Positions 12,001 to 24,000 of a stretch of 64,000 nt of DNA are shown here, one piece after another. The stretch lies in NCBI GenBank assembly GCA_002633005.1, contig NMRA01000017.1, positions 1,090,737 through 1,154,736 on the forward strand. Reading direction: 5' to 3'. This DNA comes from Phoronis australis (Eukaryota; Animalia; Phoronida). Numbering within the stretch: the first letter of the stretch is position 1; every line of letters begins with the position of its first letter. The position numbers and the translations under genes were made by a program. The notes below the pieces were generated by a model. It did no database searches and was not told the DNA's origin. It saw nothing but the letters and a program-made list of their open reading frames with translations.

Positions 12001-15000
12001 CAAGGTCAGAACTTTTTAGAATTTAAAAATAGGCAATACTGACTGTCCAAAATTTAAGAATTTTGATCAGTGACAAATGATCATTCTCCTCGATGTCACA
12101 CACTATGATGATTCTGGAAAAGTTGGCAGCTATTTTTGATGTTTTTATTAACTGCCAAGTCTGTTTTTATGCTGTGTTGACACAAAAATGCTGTGTATGA
12201 AATTTGAGAAATTTGATGAATGACACAATCCACGGTGTTCCAATCATCAGAATCAAGAAAATTCAATTTCTGCTGGAATTTCAATGCTCCAAATTTTAGA
12301 GACTATCCAAACTGGACAATGTTTATCGTAACTTTTGGGTAACCGTGCCCTGCATGGAAGAGGCAGTGTGGCCTAGAGTGGTGGTGCCTGCCTTCTTTAC
12401 TCAAAGTCGTGGGTTTGAGTCCCACTTGGCCACACTGCTGGACCCTTGAGTCAGGTTTCTAGCTCCTCAGCTCGGTTTTAATTGTATATTAGTAAAGCAC
12501 AAAAATATTAATTTTCAGATGATCAGTGCAGGTGCACATGCGCGGCCTGCGCACGTCTGGTACAACGTGTACCAGACCGCTTGCAATTATTTTTTTATTC
12601 CCTGCATGTCTTCACTTATTGTGTTCTTTAGGTGAGCCCCTGGCAGTGGGCCAACACTTACCATGTGTTCTCAAGAATGTTGACATGACAAAGAACAAAA
12701 GAACCGTTGGCCTCATCACAGACACGAAGCTTGTCAAGAAAGCTGAGGTGTGTCTACTGTTACCTGTGCTGCCACACACGTGGTTACCATTTGTGACAAT
12801 GTTTTGAAAATGTTTCTTATCAGTACACTTATTTAGCACACAATATGGCTGACAAGTGAAATTCTATTTTTGCCATATTTCTTCTCAAACATAAAGGTTA
12901 TTTAATTAGAAAACATAAATCTGTTACTGGCACAGTTTGTAGTGTGTACATGTCATAAAACAACATTAGGCAGAGTGTCCACTTATGTCCTGATGCACAC
13001 CCCCCCTTGATGATATTGGGTGCAAAAAACACTATTAATCTTTTAATTAGACCACTTATCTCACTGAAAGGGGTCTCAACAACAAATTGTTGCTATGTAA
13101 CGAATTTGAAAATATGGAATTGACATACTTGTAAATTTATGTCTGAATGAATGTGGTTGCAAACAGGGTTGCTCTGTGACTTAACAATAAATGGAGTCGA
13201 TGTTCGGCAGTATGTTGGGAGTTTTTAAAGATTGAGATTTTAGGAAACCAATGTCGGAGAAATTTTCATGTGATTTTTTTACAAAAATTTAAACTAAATT
13301 TTTTCTCATCAATTATTCCCCCTGACCTCTTGCTATTTCAGTTGAAAGAGTCTATGGAAGTAGCCTTTCACAGCTTGGTACCTGGCATGAAAGTGCATGG
13401 AACAGTCACAGAGGTAATTGTTTGGCTGTTTATGTTGATTCAGGTTCACGCAGTGAGAAAACGGAATGATGACATTGCCAGTACTTGACATAGATTGACA
13501 AAAACAGTTGGGATGAATTGTGTAATATTGACGTCAAAATTGTAGATTTTTGCGGATGATATTCGGTGTTGTATTTTTGTTGTTATAGGTATGAGCTTGG
13601 ATTCTAATGTTTTCTCTCGAAATCAAACTCAAAATATTTTTCCCATTTTCCATAATTCTACTTGAATACGAACTCAAAATAATGGTCTACAATTCAGTGC
13701 TTGAGAAGTTTATGGTTTACTTGGATGATTTCTTAACTTATTTTGCCCTTGATGACCTCAGCACGGAAGCTTCAAATTTGTGTCTGAACTTGAAATCTCG
13801 AGTTTTTACTTGGGTCTGCAGCTCGAATCAAACGTGAACTTTGACTGGACACTCTCTGGCATAAACCACGCAAGCACAGAATTACATAGTACAATTATCT
13901 TGCGTTTATATTGAACTTGAATGGAAAATGTCAAAAATACTTTCAAGCTCATTTTCGAGGCCGAAGCATTGGTTAACCTTATTTGACTATGTTCCACAGG
14001 GCAAGCACTGTGTTTGAGTCTAGCTTACACAACAGCATCGAAGCACTGAACTTTGAACATAATGCAGGATTAACTGTCTTAAATATTGCGTACTAATGAT
14101 CCACTTAATTCATTCATCTTGTCTTAGTGTCATGCAAATGGCTTGGTGATGCAGTTTTTGTCCTTCACTGGTCGGATCCACAGGAGTCATCTTCCATGCG
14201 ACACGACCCCATATGAGCAACAACAAAAGGTACCTACTGGTGAAGTTGAATATCAAGTTTTGCACGTAATTTTTATGTGCCCACATATTTATATGTGGAT
14301 GCATTATGCCGTCATCTCCATCCATCCAACGTCCATTGCTCGATTTCCAAAACCCTTTGATGTATGTTCATGAAATTTTACACATATGTTCCTATCATGG
14401 ATGGGATGGCATGAGCGAACTTTCGGATGGATCCGACTACCCCTGCGCCCAATGGAGGTAATTTTAGTTTTTTACGCATTCCTCTAGTGGCAGTTTTGTT
14501 TTTTTTTGCGCCCATGGCTGTGTCTGCTAAACGGTTGACAGGATCTTCACTAAATTCAGCAAGTGTATTTATATGTTGTTGACAATGGATGACGATGACT
14601 TTCGGATGGATCTAAGTACCGGTATGCCCCCCTAGTGGCAATTTTAGTTTTTTACGTTTACCTCTATCTTCAAAGGTCCTCAACGTAACTATTTTCATAA
14701 AATTTTGAATATAGGCATTTATTAGTGAGATGACCCTATGTTTCTGTTTTCGGATGGATTTGACATAGTTTGCGCCACCTAGTGGCCATTTTTACTGTTT
14801 TTTAGTCTGTTTTTTTTTGGCGTCCACCCCTCTATCAACCAAACCGCTCTAAGGATGATTGTGAAAATTGGCATGTATGTTCTTGCTTTGAAGCTGACAA
14901 TGATTTTCCGACAACTTCGACTACTGTGGTGCCTCCTAGTGCCAATTTTGTTTTTTTGTGCCCACGGCTGTATCTCCTAAACCATTTGCAGCATCTTTGC

Positions 15001-18000
15001 TAAATTTAGCAAGTGTATATGATGTTGACAACGGATGACAACAACTTTCAGATGGATCTGACTACCAATGTGCCCCCTAGTGGCAATTTTCACTTTTTAG
15101 GCTTACCTCTGTATCTTCAAACGTCCTCAACGGATTATCAGAAAGTTTGGAACGTAGGCATTTATTGGTGAGATGATGCTATCCTCCCACTTTCGGATGG
15201 AATCAAGGAACTTTGTGCCACCTAGTGGCCATTTTTCCTGTTTTTGAGTCTTGTTTTTTGGCATTCACCCCTCGATCAACCAAACCACTCTAAGGATGAT
15301 TTTGGAAATTGGCGTATATGTTCTCAATGTGAAGAGGACGGATGACTATGACGAATTCGACTACTGTGGTGCCTCCTAGTGGTAGTTTTGTTTTGTTTTG
15401 CGCCCATAACTGCATCTCCTAAACTCAATGCAGGATCTTTATTAAATTTAGCAATTGTATTTATATGAAGCTAACAACAGACGGCGACATCTTTCAGATG
15501 GATTCAATGAACACTGTGCCCCATAGTGGCAATTTCATTTTTTTCTGTTTTCCTTTACTTCTTTGAAGTTCCTTGACAGATTTTTGTGAAATTTGGTAAA
15601 TAGCTTTTTATTAAAGAAGAGATGGCATGTTCCCATTTTCAGATAGATATTTCACCTTCTACTGGCTATTTTTATGAAACAAATAAACAACCCTAGAAGC
15701 ACTCCGTTTGCGGTCCATTCGTGGGCGCTTTTCAACGCTCTGCGTTGCTCTTGTTTTCATAAGTGGTTCTCTGTTGGAACAAGATTCATGCAATACACAA
15801 AACAAAGAACCCAATCATTTCTTTATATCTTTGCCAAGGCTACACTCCCCAGAGTGAATTTATGAGACTTGTGTGCTCTGCAGTTTTCACAGACTGTACT
15901 TGTCTTAAGAGTAGGTAAACTTACATAAGAGCTGTGTATTTGCATCTACTTGCAAGGGTCTTTAGAACCACGCCCCTTACTGTTCCCTGAGCAAAAGAAT
16001 TTTATTTGATGTTTATAGATACAGGCGACCATCTTATACATAGAACCGACCACTAAGGTCATCTATCTGACAGCTCTGCCTCATCTGACCCGGTTCAGTG
16101 AACAGACGTACTTTACTGGCGTGTCATCTGGTGACATCTTGGAGGAGTGCAGAGTATTGTCGCTGGACAAACGACGCGGTGTCTACTTCGACATTGGTGA
16201 AAACATCAAAGGATACTCTACAGTAAGTCTGATTAATGGCTTCGGTACTTGTAAATATAATTAGTTGAAATATTTAAGAAACAAAAGATAGATGATGAAA
16301 TGATGTACAAGAACATTATTTCCATATTATTATTTCTATATTATTTTCATTGATTTTTCAACAAAATATATTCAAATTGGATTTAGTAAGTTGAATTGGA
16401 CCGTCTTAATATCTTAAGTATTCAAATGCAAAACCTATAAAGGTTTGACATAATGTCCTCATGATAAAGTAAATTTGCATTTCCAGATGTGAAGAGAAGA
16501 CTAGGTTGGAGAACTAAAAGTCATCTATTACGATAAAATAGTGTTACAAAGTTTAAGAATAAAAGTAATTATATACGATAAGCCATATAATAATCTCGGG
16601 CAATAGATTTTCAAAATTACTTTTGTGATACACATTATGATGTCTACAATATGCACTAGTTTCAAATGTTAATTCTATACTTTATATTAATAATGGTAAC
16701 CTTTTATACATTACTGAAATTCTTGGTATATTTGTGTATATGTTTGTGTGTGTATAATTATGTTTATCCCATACGCTTTGAATAAGTCGAGTGCAATATG
16801 GCCATGTGATATTGTTCTCCACATTGCACTCCCGGGACTACTTTAACAGTGCCCTCTGGCATGGAAAGTTCAAAAGATAGGTCAATGTCGATTTGATGTC
16901 ATCAGCGAGTTCGATCATCAAACTTCCTCAAAATAGTTCAAAGTAATAAAATTACAGCAGTGTAAATAACACTCAACATGCAATCAGATCCCAAACATAA
17001 CATCTGGTACAAAAGTGTTAATTATATGACACTTCTGTCTCAGTTTTATTAGCTAAGTATTATATCAGCTGCAACTCAGGCACCGATTCCTTGGTAACTA
17101 CAATGTTAAGTATTGTTGTTACTTAATTATTTTCAGGAAATGTTACAAGTTAAATGCACAATTACCGTTCATCTTTATAATCTCTTTTCAACTTATAAAT
17201 CATTACATTTAAAACTGTTGCTTTTACTAAGGATGTGAACCGCCACGTGAACAGTCTGGGTGAAGTATTTATAAAATCTGCTGAAAAAATGAAAGAAACT
17301 TAAACATTGGAAGCGTGTGAGATAAATACAGAAACGTACTTTGATTGGCATAGATGAAATAGTATCCCACTTGACATTATTCTGCATATCGACCTCGACT
17401 TTCGGTCTCGGTCGATACGCGTAACAATGTCTCGTGGGATGTTACTTCATCTACGCCACTCTCGATACGCTTTGTGTATTTATTCGCCTCTACATATTGA
17501 TATCCTAGTATTGTCCTTGATCCCCAGATATAATGTTCCGTGGCACGGTTTGAGGTTAACTATTCTATTATGTGCTCTCTAATAGACATTTGAATACTTA
17601 CATTAACTCAACATTAAGTTACTGCTAAAGAATTTTTGCGATGCGTTTTACACTCATTAGGCATAGCAATAACTAGTCTTGACGACATCTAGAACCTTCT
17701 TTAACTACATCTGCGATTCTGTCTTTTTGCTTTCATCAAGTTGGTAGTTTTATTACTACCCCAGATTCCTGCCTTTGACTCAACAGCGCCAGTTTCAGTT
17801 TCTTCCAAAACTGGTCAATGTTCCGTTTGCAGTCCTTTTCACACGGCCACTCTATGTATGTCACGTGGTTAATGAAACACTTCAGTTTAGGTTTCAGTTG
17901 CTTGTTTGGAATCTTCTCCAGCATCACCATGACGATGACCTGCCGCTTGACCTCCAGCATCCTCATCAGCGCCATCTCCAGTTCAAACTGTCCCCATTCA

Positions 18001-21000
18001 CTGTTCATGTATTTCTTGGTCATCACAAAGATTATACTTCGACTCCCATTGATACTGTTGATGATGTTATCTTTGATCCATTCTCCTGCTGTGAAATCCC
18101 GATGATGGAGACATAGCTTAAACGCACAACCTGATCCTTCTTCAAGTTGTGGCTGTAGATGATCCTTAACCCATGTGATGTCATCGACATTGTAGCAGAC
18201 GAAGGCATCATATGTTAGACTTGAGTGACTTGGAATGTGTCGATGTCTACATTTGAAATAGTACCAGTATTTCAAGTCCAGTCTGTAGTATGATGTCAAA
18301 ATGGTTAGAAGTATCACAAGGAGGGTAACAATACCAGATAGAGAGATGACAATGTATCTGTTGCCATCACAGTCTATCCACTTGTGACTGTAGTTTGCTA
18401 TAGATTCTGTCTTCAAGTTTGGTGGATAGCTGCAGTTTTCTCTGGAAATCTCCTTGCGACTGTGCCTTTTAAGCCAGTCTCTCAACCCCCGGAGTTCACA
18501 GTTGCAGTGGAACTTGTTATTCTGAAGGCTTAGGACTTCTAACTGGTGCAGGTTTTCAAAGTTCCTACTGTCTATGTACGAGATTGAATTGTCATTCAAA
18601 CGAAGCAGACGGAGCGCAGTGAGTTTTATGAAGGTATCTTTACTTACTTGCTGCAGCTTGTTAAATGATAAATCAAAAAATTCTAGTTGTGGCATCATCT
18701 CAAAAATATTGGTGTCGATCTGTTGTATATCGTTGTTTGAAAGTTTGAGTATTTTTATGTTTGGCATGTAGATCTTGATCAACAAGTTCACGTCGAAGTT
18801 TGGGTTGTGGCTTGTGTCGAATTGTACAAGGTTAACTAGTGGCTGTTTGAATTTAAGTACCGACAAAGTGTCCATACACGTAGCACATTTTCGCATCTCC
18901 AGTCTTTTCACTGATGTTGGAATAGTGTATCTGATGCATGGGTGCTTTAAAGAATCATCATCAGCGCATGACACGTTGTTCATCAACAGTGTTTCCAATT
19001 GCTTACCAAAGTTCATCAGGAGTCGGGTTTTGCGATGTAGTTTATTGTCAGAAATATCAAGGTACCGCAACTTGGTTATCACTGGCAGATAAAACTGGCC
19101 TTTCGATAGCGGCCATCTTGCCATATCATTCATCCGTAATGTCGTCAGGGAAGGAAGTTGCGCCAGACTGTTCAGAATATTGTGTAAGGCGTTTCCATCT
19201 AACTGGACCCCTGTAAGGACAAGTGTCTCCAGATTGGTCAGATCATCAAATGGATGCTGGTCTGACTGAATGTGGCAGTGTGTCAGCTCTAGAGTTTTCA
19301 GTGTTTTAAGTTTGCTAAAGCCATATGGTGGAATGTTCTCTATTGCGGCATTTTTTAGTACAAGTTCTCTCAAAGATGGTATGTTCATTAGCAGGAAATC
19401 CTCTTTAACTAGCGTGATATCCTTTCCAAATAAAGTAAGCTTTGATATCCATACATTTTTTAGACTGCCAAATAAGTTTCTGAAGAAATTTGGCTTGTAT
19501 TCAAAAGTCCTGACTTTTCGACCAATTTTTAAGTGTGAAACTTCTGTTTTGTTGTTTGCAAAACAATTGAAGGATGTTTGGTTTATATCTGTGAGGTATG
19601 TTTCCGAAAAATCCAGGCCAACAATATCCAATGTACAATATAATTCCAAATCTTGTGGAATGAGGTTCAAAATGGGGTTATAGCTGAAGTCAATACTAAT
19701 ATTTTTAGAGTTCAAGCAGCCTTCTGTCAACTCAATAGATTTCATATTATTTTGTGAGACATTCAGTATTTTCAAGTGTGGAAAAGTTGGCAAACAAGGC
19801 ATCATTGTCCATCTATTGTTGCTGAAATTTAAACTTTGAATAGATTTGAATAGTTGGCCACTGCGGATATATATGGACTTTTGGTAGGCATATGTGCTCA
19901 GTGTAAAGTGTTCCAAGTTAGGTAAGCGCCACAATATGGCAACGGGGTTTATGCGTTGTAAATTGCTATACTTTAGTTTTGTGTGAGGCAGGATCTCAAG
20001 CCGTTTTAACTTTGGACTGGCATCAAATGCAGTTGACAAGACTGTCACATAGAATCCCCAGCGATTAGTTGGCAGGAAGTCCAGAGTAAGCTCCTCTAGA
20101 CTGTTAAGGCCATGGAATTCATGATCTCTGATATGAACGTGGAGGTCGCAGAGAGTCAAAGAGAGTTTTGTAAGCCGTGTGAACCTCTGTAATGATCTGG
20201 GTCTGAGTTGTGGAGTCCTGCATCTTGTGGATAGTGTGAGTGAGGTGATGTTGTCAGGCAGGCTGGTCACCATGTCCGTATAGTTGAGATATGTGCGCTG
20301 GAACGTTTGCTGGTTTGCCACTTGAAAAATAGTCGCGCATTGGTCCTGGCAGCCGTGTTGAGCTGGTCCGCTGACTGCAGTATGGCACAATGATAATACA
20401 GCAACAAGTAGAAAAATCATTTCACCCCACTCTGGTTGAATCTGTAACGATAACATTTTTGTGGAAAGAGGAGATCGGGTGATTTCTGTTACAAAAATGA
20501 TAGGAAGTGATGTTTGTCGTGTTCTGTGTTAGCAACGAATATTTTCCAAACTCAGATGTAAAATTTAGCAAAGAGCACAACACAATTTTGGTGGTTCAGC
20601 TGTAACATGAAGCGGGGTGGGTGGTGTGACTCCTAAACTAATTACTTTCTCCCATTGTGTGCACTGTTGTTTGAAAGGTAATCAATGACTTTCATTTCTT
20701 GCAGTGAATATTTTTGTGGAAGTTGTTAATTTTGTGCACGGTACCCAAAAGGTGGCCCTGTTTCAACAAAGAACTGAGACGCAGTCACGAAATAACCTGT
20801 GAACAGCAAAAGAAATTTCAAATTTTTTGTTTATGCTCACACCAGCAAAAGCAGCATGTCTGTTGATTCTGATTCAAACATAATGTCAGATCGTGACGCG
20901 TAGCCTAACCTGTGGACAAAACAACTACCTCACACTAGTGGGTCACTTGGTATTTGCTTACAAACTTGGCATCAAAACGCTGACTGTTTACTTTTCATAA

Positions 21001-24000
21001 GTTCACTGTTTAAACAAATTTTTGGGGTTTTGATTATTTGAACTCATAGAGTTATGTTGTGTGACAAGCAAAATGATATAGAAAATGTACAACAGGCAGG
21101 TTACGTAGATTGAATTCATTGATAATCTTTAAAGCCAAGTTTGTAAATATTAATACCAAAATGTTGGAAAAGTAAAAGTGATGTCTCACCTTACGACTGA
21201 TGGTTTCCAAAGTTACTCGGCACTGTGCAACGCCTATTGAAGAGTCTGAATGAGGTGCCAGTTGTATAGTTGAATGGCTTAAACTATCAATAATCTAGTC
21301 GGTGTGGTGAGATCAAGATTTAAACAGTTTCAATGAGTGTCATTATCATTGTCCAAACTTAGTGTTCATTACAATCACTCGTACTTTAGTTGCGGTGCTT
21401 TGGGTTTATCTCCATAAACACACCTTTAATCAATATCTTGAATAAATTAAGATTAGCACTGCTTGCATTTATGTTGTTACTTAGACTACAAATGAATGGT
21501 CAATATAATTAAACCATTCCTAGGATTTACGTAACCTTTTCTGTGTAATCATAAATTTAATTTCAATAATGCATAACATTTCCTCATTCTTATCTTGACC
21601 AATTACTTTGTTCTTTTCCTGATGCAGTAGTCGTCTGCTTGTCTGTGCTGTGCAACAACATGATTTAATATGTATCGCTTTACATTCATCTTGGACAGTT
21701 TTTGGTTGTAACAGAATTCCTTTATGAAAATAAAACTGATGAGAATGTGTTCAGCTTCAGTTTCACGTGGATAATGTTATCCGTAAAAATTCTGATAGTA
21801 GAGCTTGTTGGATTTCAGAGGAGGCAGTGTGGCCCGCTTTCTTTACTCGAGGTCGTGGGTTCGAGTCCCACCATGTCACACTGCTAATTAAAACCCTTGA
21901 GCCAGGTTTCTAGCTCCTCAGCTCGGTTTTAACCATATATTAATAAAGCATAAAAATATTTCCAGGTGATCAGTGCAATGGGCCCACATGTGAGGCCTGC
22001 GCACGTCTGGTACAACGTGTATCAGACCGCCTGAAATTATTTTTTTTTATATTAAATTTTGTCGGATTTCATTCAGTATCAGTTCGCTTAATTGGTTGGG
22101 TTCATCAAAAATGTGCAGGATCTTTCAGAAAATCTAATTAATGCAAATTTTCTCAATTCCATATGATATCCATGACTTCATCTATTTGTACATTTTGTTA
22201 TTTCCTTCAGATAGGGAACTTGCACGATACCAAAGTCAGCACTGATCTGTTGGTCAAGCAGTTCAAAAAGGGCTCAATCCACAGGTAGGACATGCTGGTT
22301 TGCTCGACTTGATGAAGGTGTAGTTATGTTCTTAGTCAAAGTAAATGCTAAGGTTTTGCAGGACTCTATAAACATGTCAAATTTTGGATAACTTTGGTAC
22401 GTCTTATCTCTGAAATGTCTGATCGGATTCATGTTAACTAAACCATTCAAAACAGTAACCTTTGCATGGAAGGTGAGTCTTAATAAAAACAATTAGATTT
22501 TTAAACTTCAACATGTTTCAATGTCTCAAACATCATCATCAGGACAAGCAAGCAAGGTCATCTAACAACCTTGACCCACACAGTGTACAGATTTCTTGTC
22601 CTCATGATGATGTTTGAAACATCGAAACCTGTTGAAATTGAAAAATCTCATTTTTATGCGCCCACATATTTATATGTGGACGCATTATGCCGTCATCTCT
22701 GTCCGTCCGTCCGTCCGTCCGNNNNNNNNNNNNNNNNNNNNNNNNNNNNNNNNNNNNNNNNNNNNNNNNNNNNNNNNNNNNNNNNNNNNNNNNNNNNNNN
22801 NNNNNNNNNNNNNNNNNNNNNNNNNNNNNNNNNNNNNNNNNNNNNNNNNNNNNNNNNNNNNNNNNNNNNNNNNNNNNNNNNNNNNNNNNNNNNNNNNNNN
22901 NNNNNNNNNNNNNNNNNNNNNNNNNNNNNNNNNNNNNNNNNNNNNNNNNNNNNNNNNNNNNNNNNNNNNNNNNNNNNNNNNNNNNNNNNNNNNNNNNNNN
23001 NNNNNNNNNNNNNNNNNNNNNNNNNNNNNNNNNNNNNNNNNNNNNNNNNNNNNNNNNNNNNNNNNNNNNNNNNNNNNNNNNNNNNNNNNNNNNNNNNNNN
23101 NNNNNNNNNNNNNNNNNNNNNNNNNNNNNNNNNNNNNNNNNNNNNNNNNNNNNNNNNNNNNNNNNNNNNNNNNNNNNNNNNNNNNNNNNNNNNNNNNNNN
23201 NNNNNNNNNNNNNNNNNNNNNNNNNNNNNNNNNNNNNNNNNNNNNNNNNNNNNNNNNNTACTATAAGGAAGACAGCTGACAATGATTTTCAGACGATTTG
23301 GACTACTGTGGCGCCTCCTAGTGGCAGTTTTTTTTTGCGCCCATTGCTGTATCTCCCAAACCGTTTGCAGGATCTTTACTAAATTTAGCAAGTGTATTTA
23401 TGTGATGTTGACAACTGACGATGACGACTTTAGGATAGTTCTGACTACCGGTATGCCTCTAGTGGCAATTTTAGTATTTGCCTCTAGTGGCAATTTTAGT
23501 ATTTTACATTGACCTCTGTATTTTCATAGGTCTTCAGGTGTATACTTTGTGTTACTTCGTGACTATGAAGGAAAAGTTCCGAGTAGAAATTTGTTTCTGG
23601 CATTCTAATGCTGTTCTAATATCGTATGTTGGTAAATTTGTTTTTAATTCTATGTTTCTGTGGTGCTTTAAGCAACTGGTGTATAGGATGTGCTTTTATT
23701 ATGAAGATTACTCACATTTTGCCCCTAGCCTATTGAGGAGACAATGACCATGCCTTTCCATTTTGCTAAGTACAACATACTACATACATGCCCTCTACTG
23801 GCCACTTCATGGTACCACTAAACAACCCTAGAGGGATACCGTATGCGGTGCAATTGTGGGCGCATTTCAACGCTCTGCGTTGCTCTTGTTATTAATATTG
23901 TGGCTTGCTTGTCTTCCTTGAGACCATTTATAAGTGAGTCCCTTTTTTCACATCCACTCTTTTATTGGATGGGTATCTTAATTTTCTATCTGTATCCCCG

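Noticed and set aside
14270-15755. CRISPR-like array (recurring cctagtggc motif with varying spacers)
   Set aside because: Eukaryotic intron; the intervening sequences are themselves homologous repeat subunits, and there are no cas genes
17775-19683. Several + strand ORFs overlapping the TLR
   Set aside because: Antisense shadows of the TLR coding sequence; no recognisable domains
20680-21770. ISRE/NF-kB-like words upstream of the TLR (actttcatttc, ttcagtttcac)
   Set aside because: Short degenerate matches expected by chance in AT-rich DNA
11090-23258. RRP5 exons hidden in the two assembly gaps
   Set aside because: Flanking exon phases match and the protein reads continuously across both gaps; a symmetric exon cannot be strictly excluded
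22571-23391. Five ORFs of ~220-230 aa
   Set aside because: Artefacts of the N gap inside a repeat element
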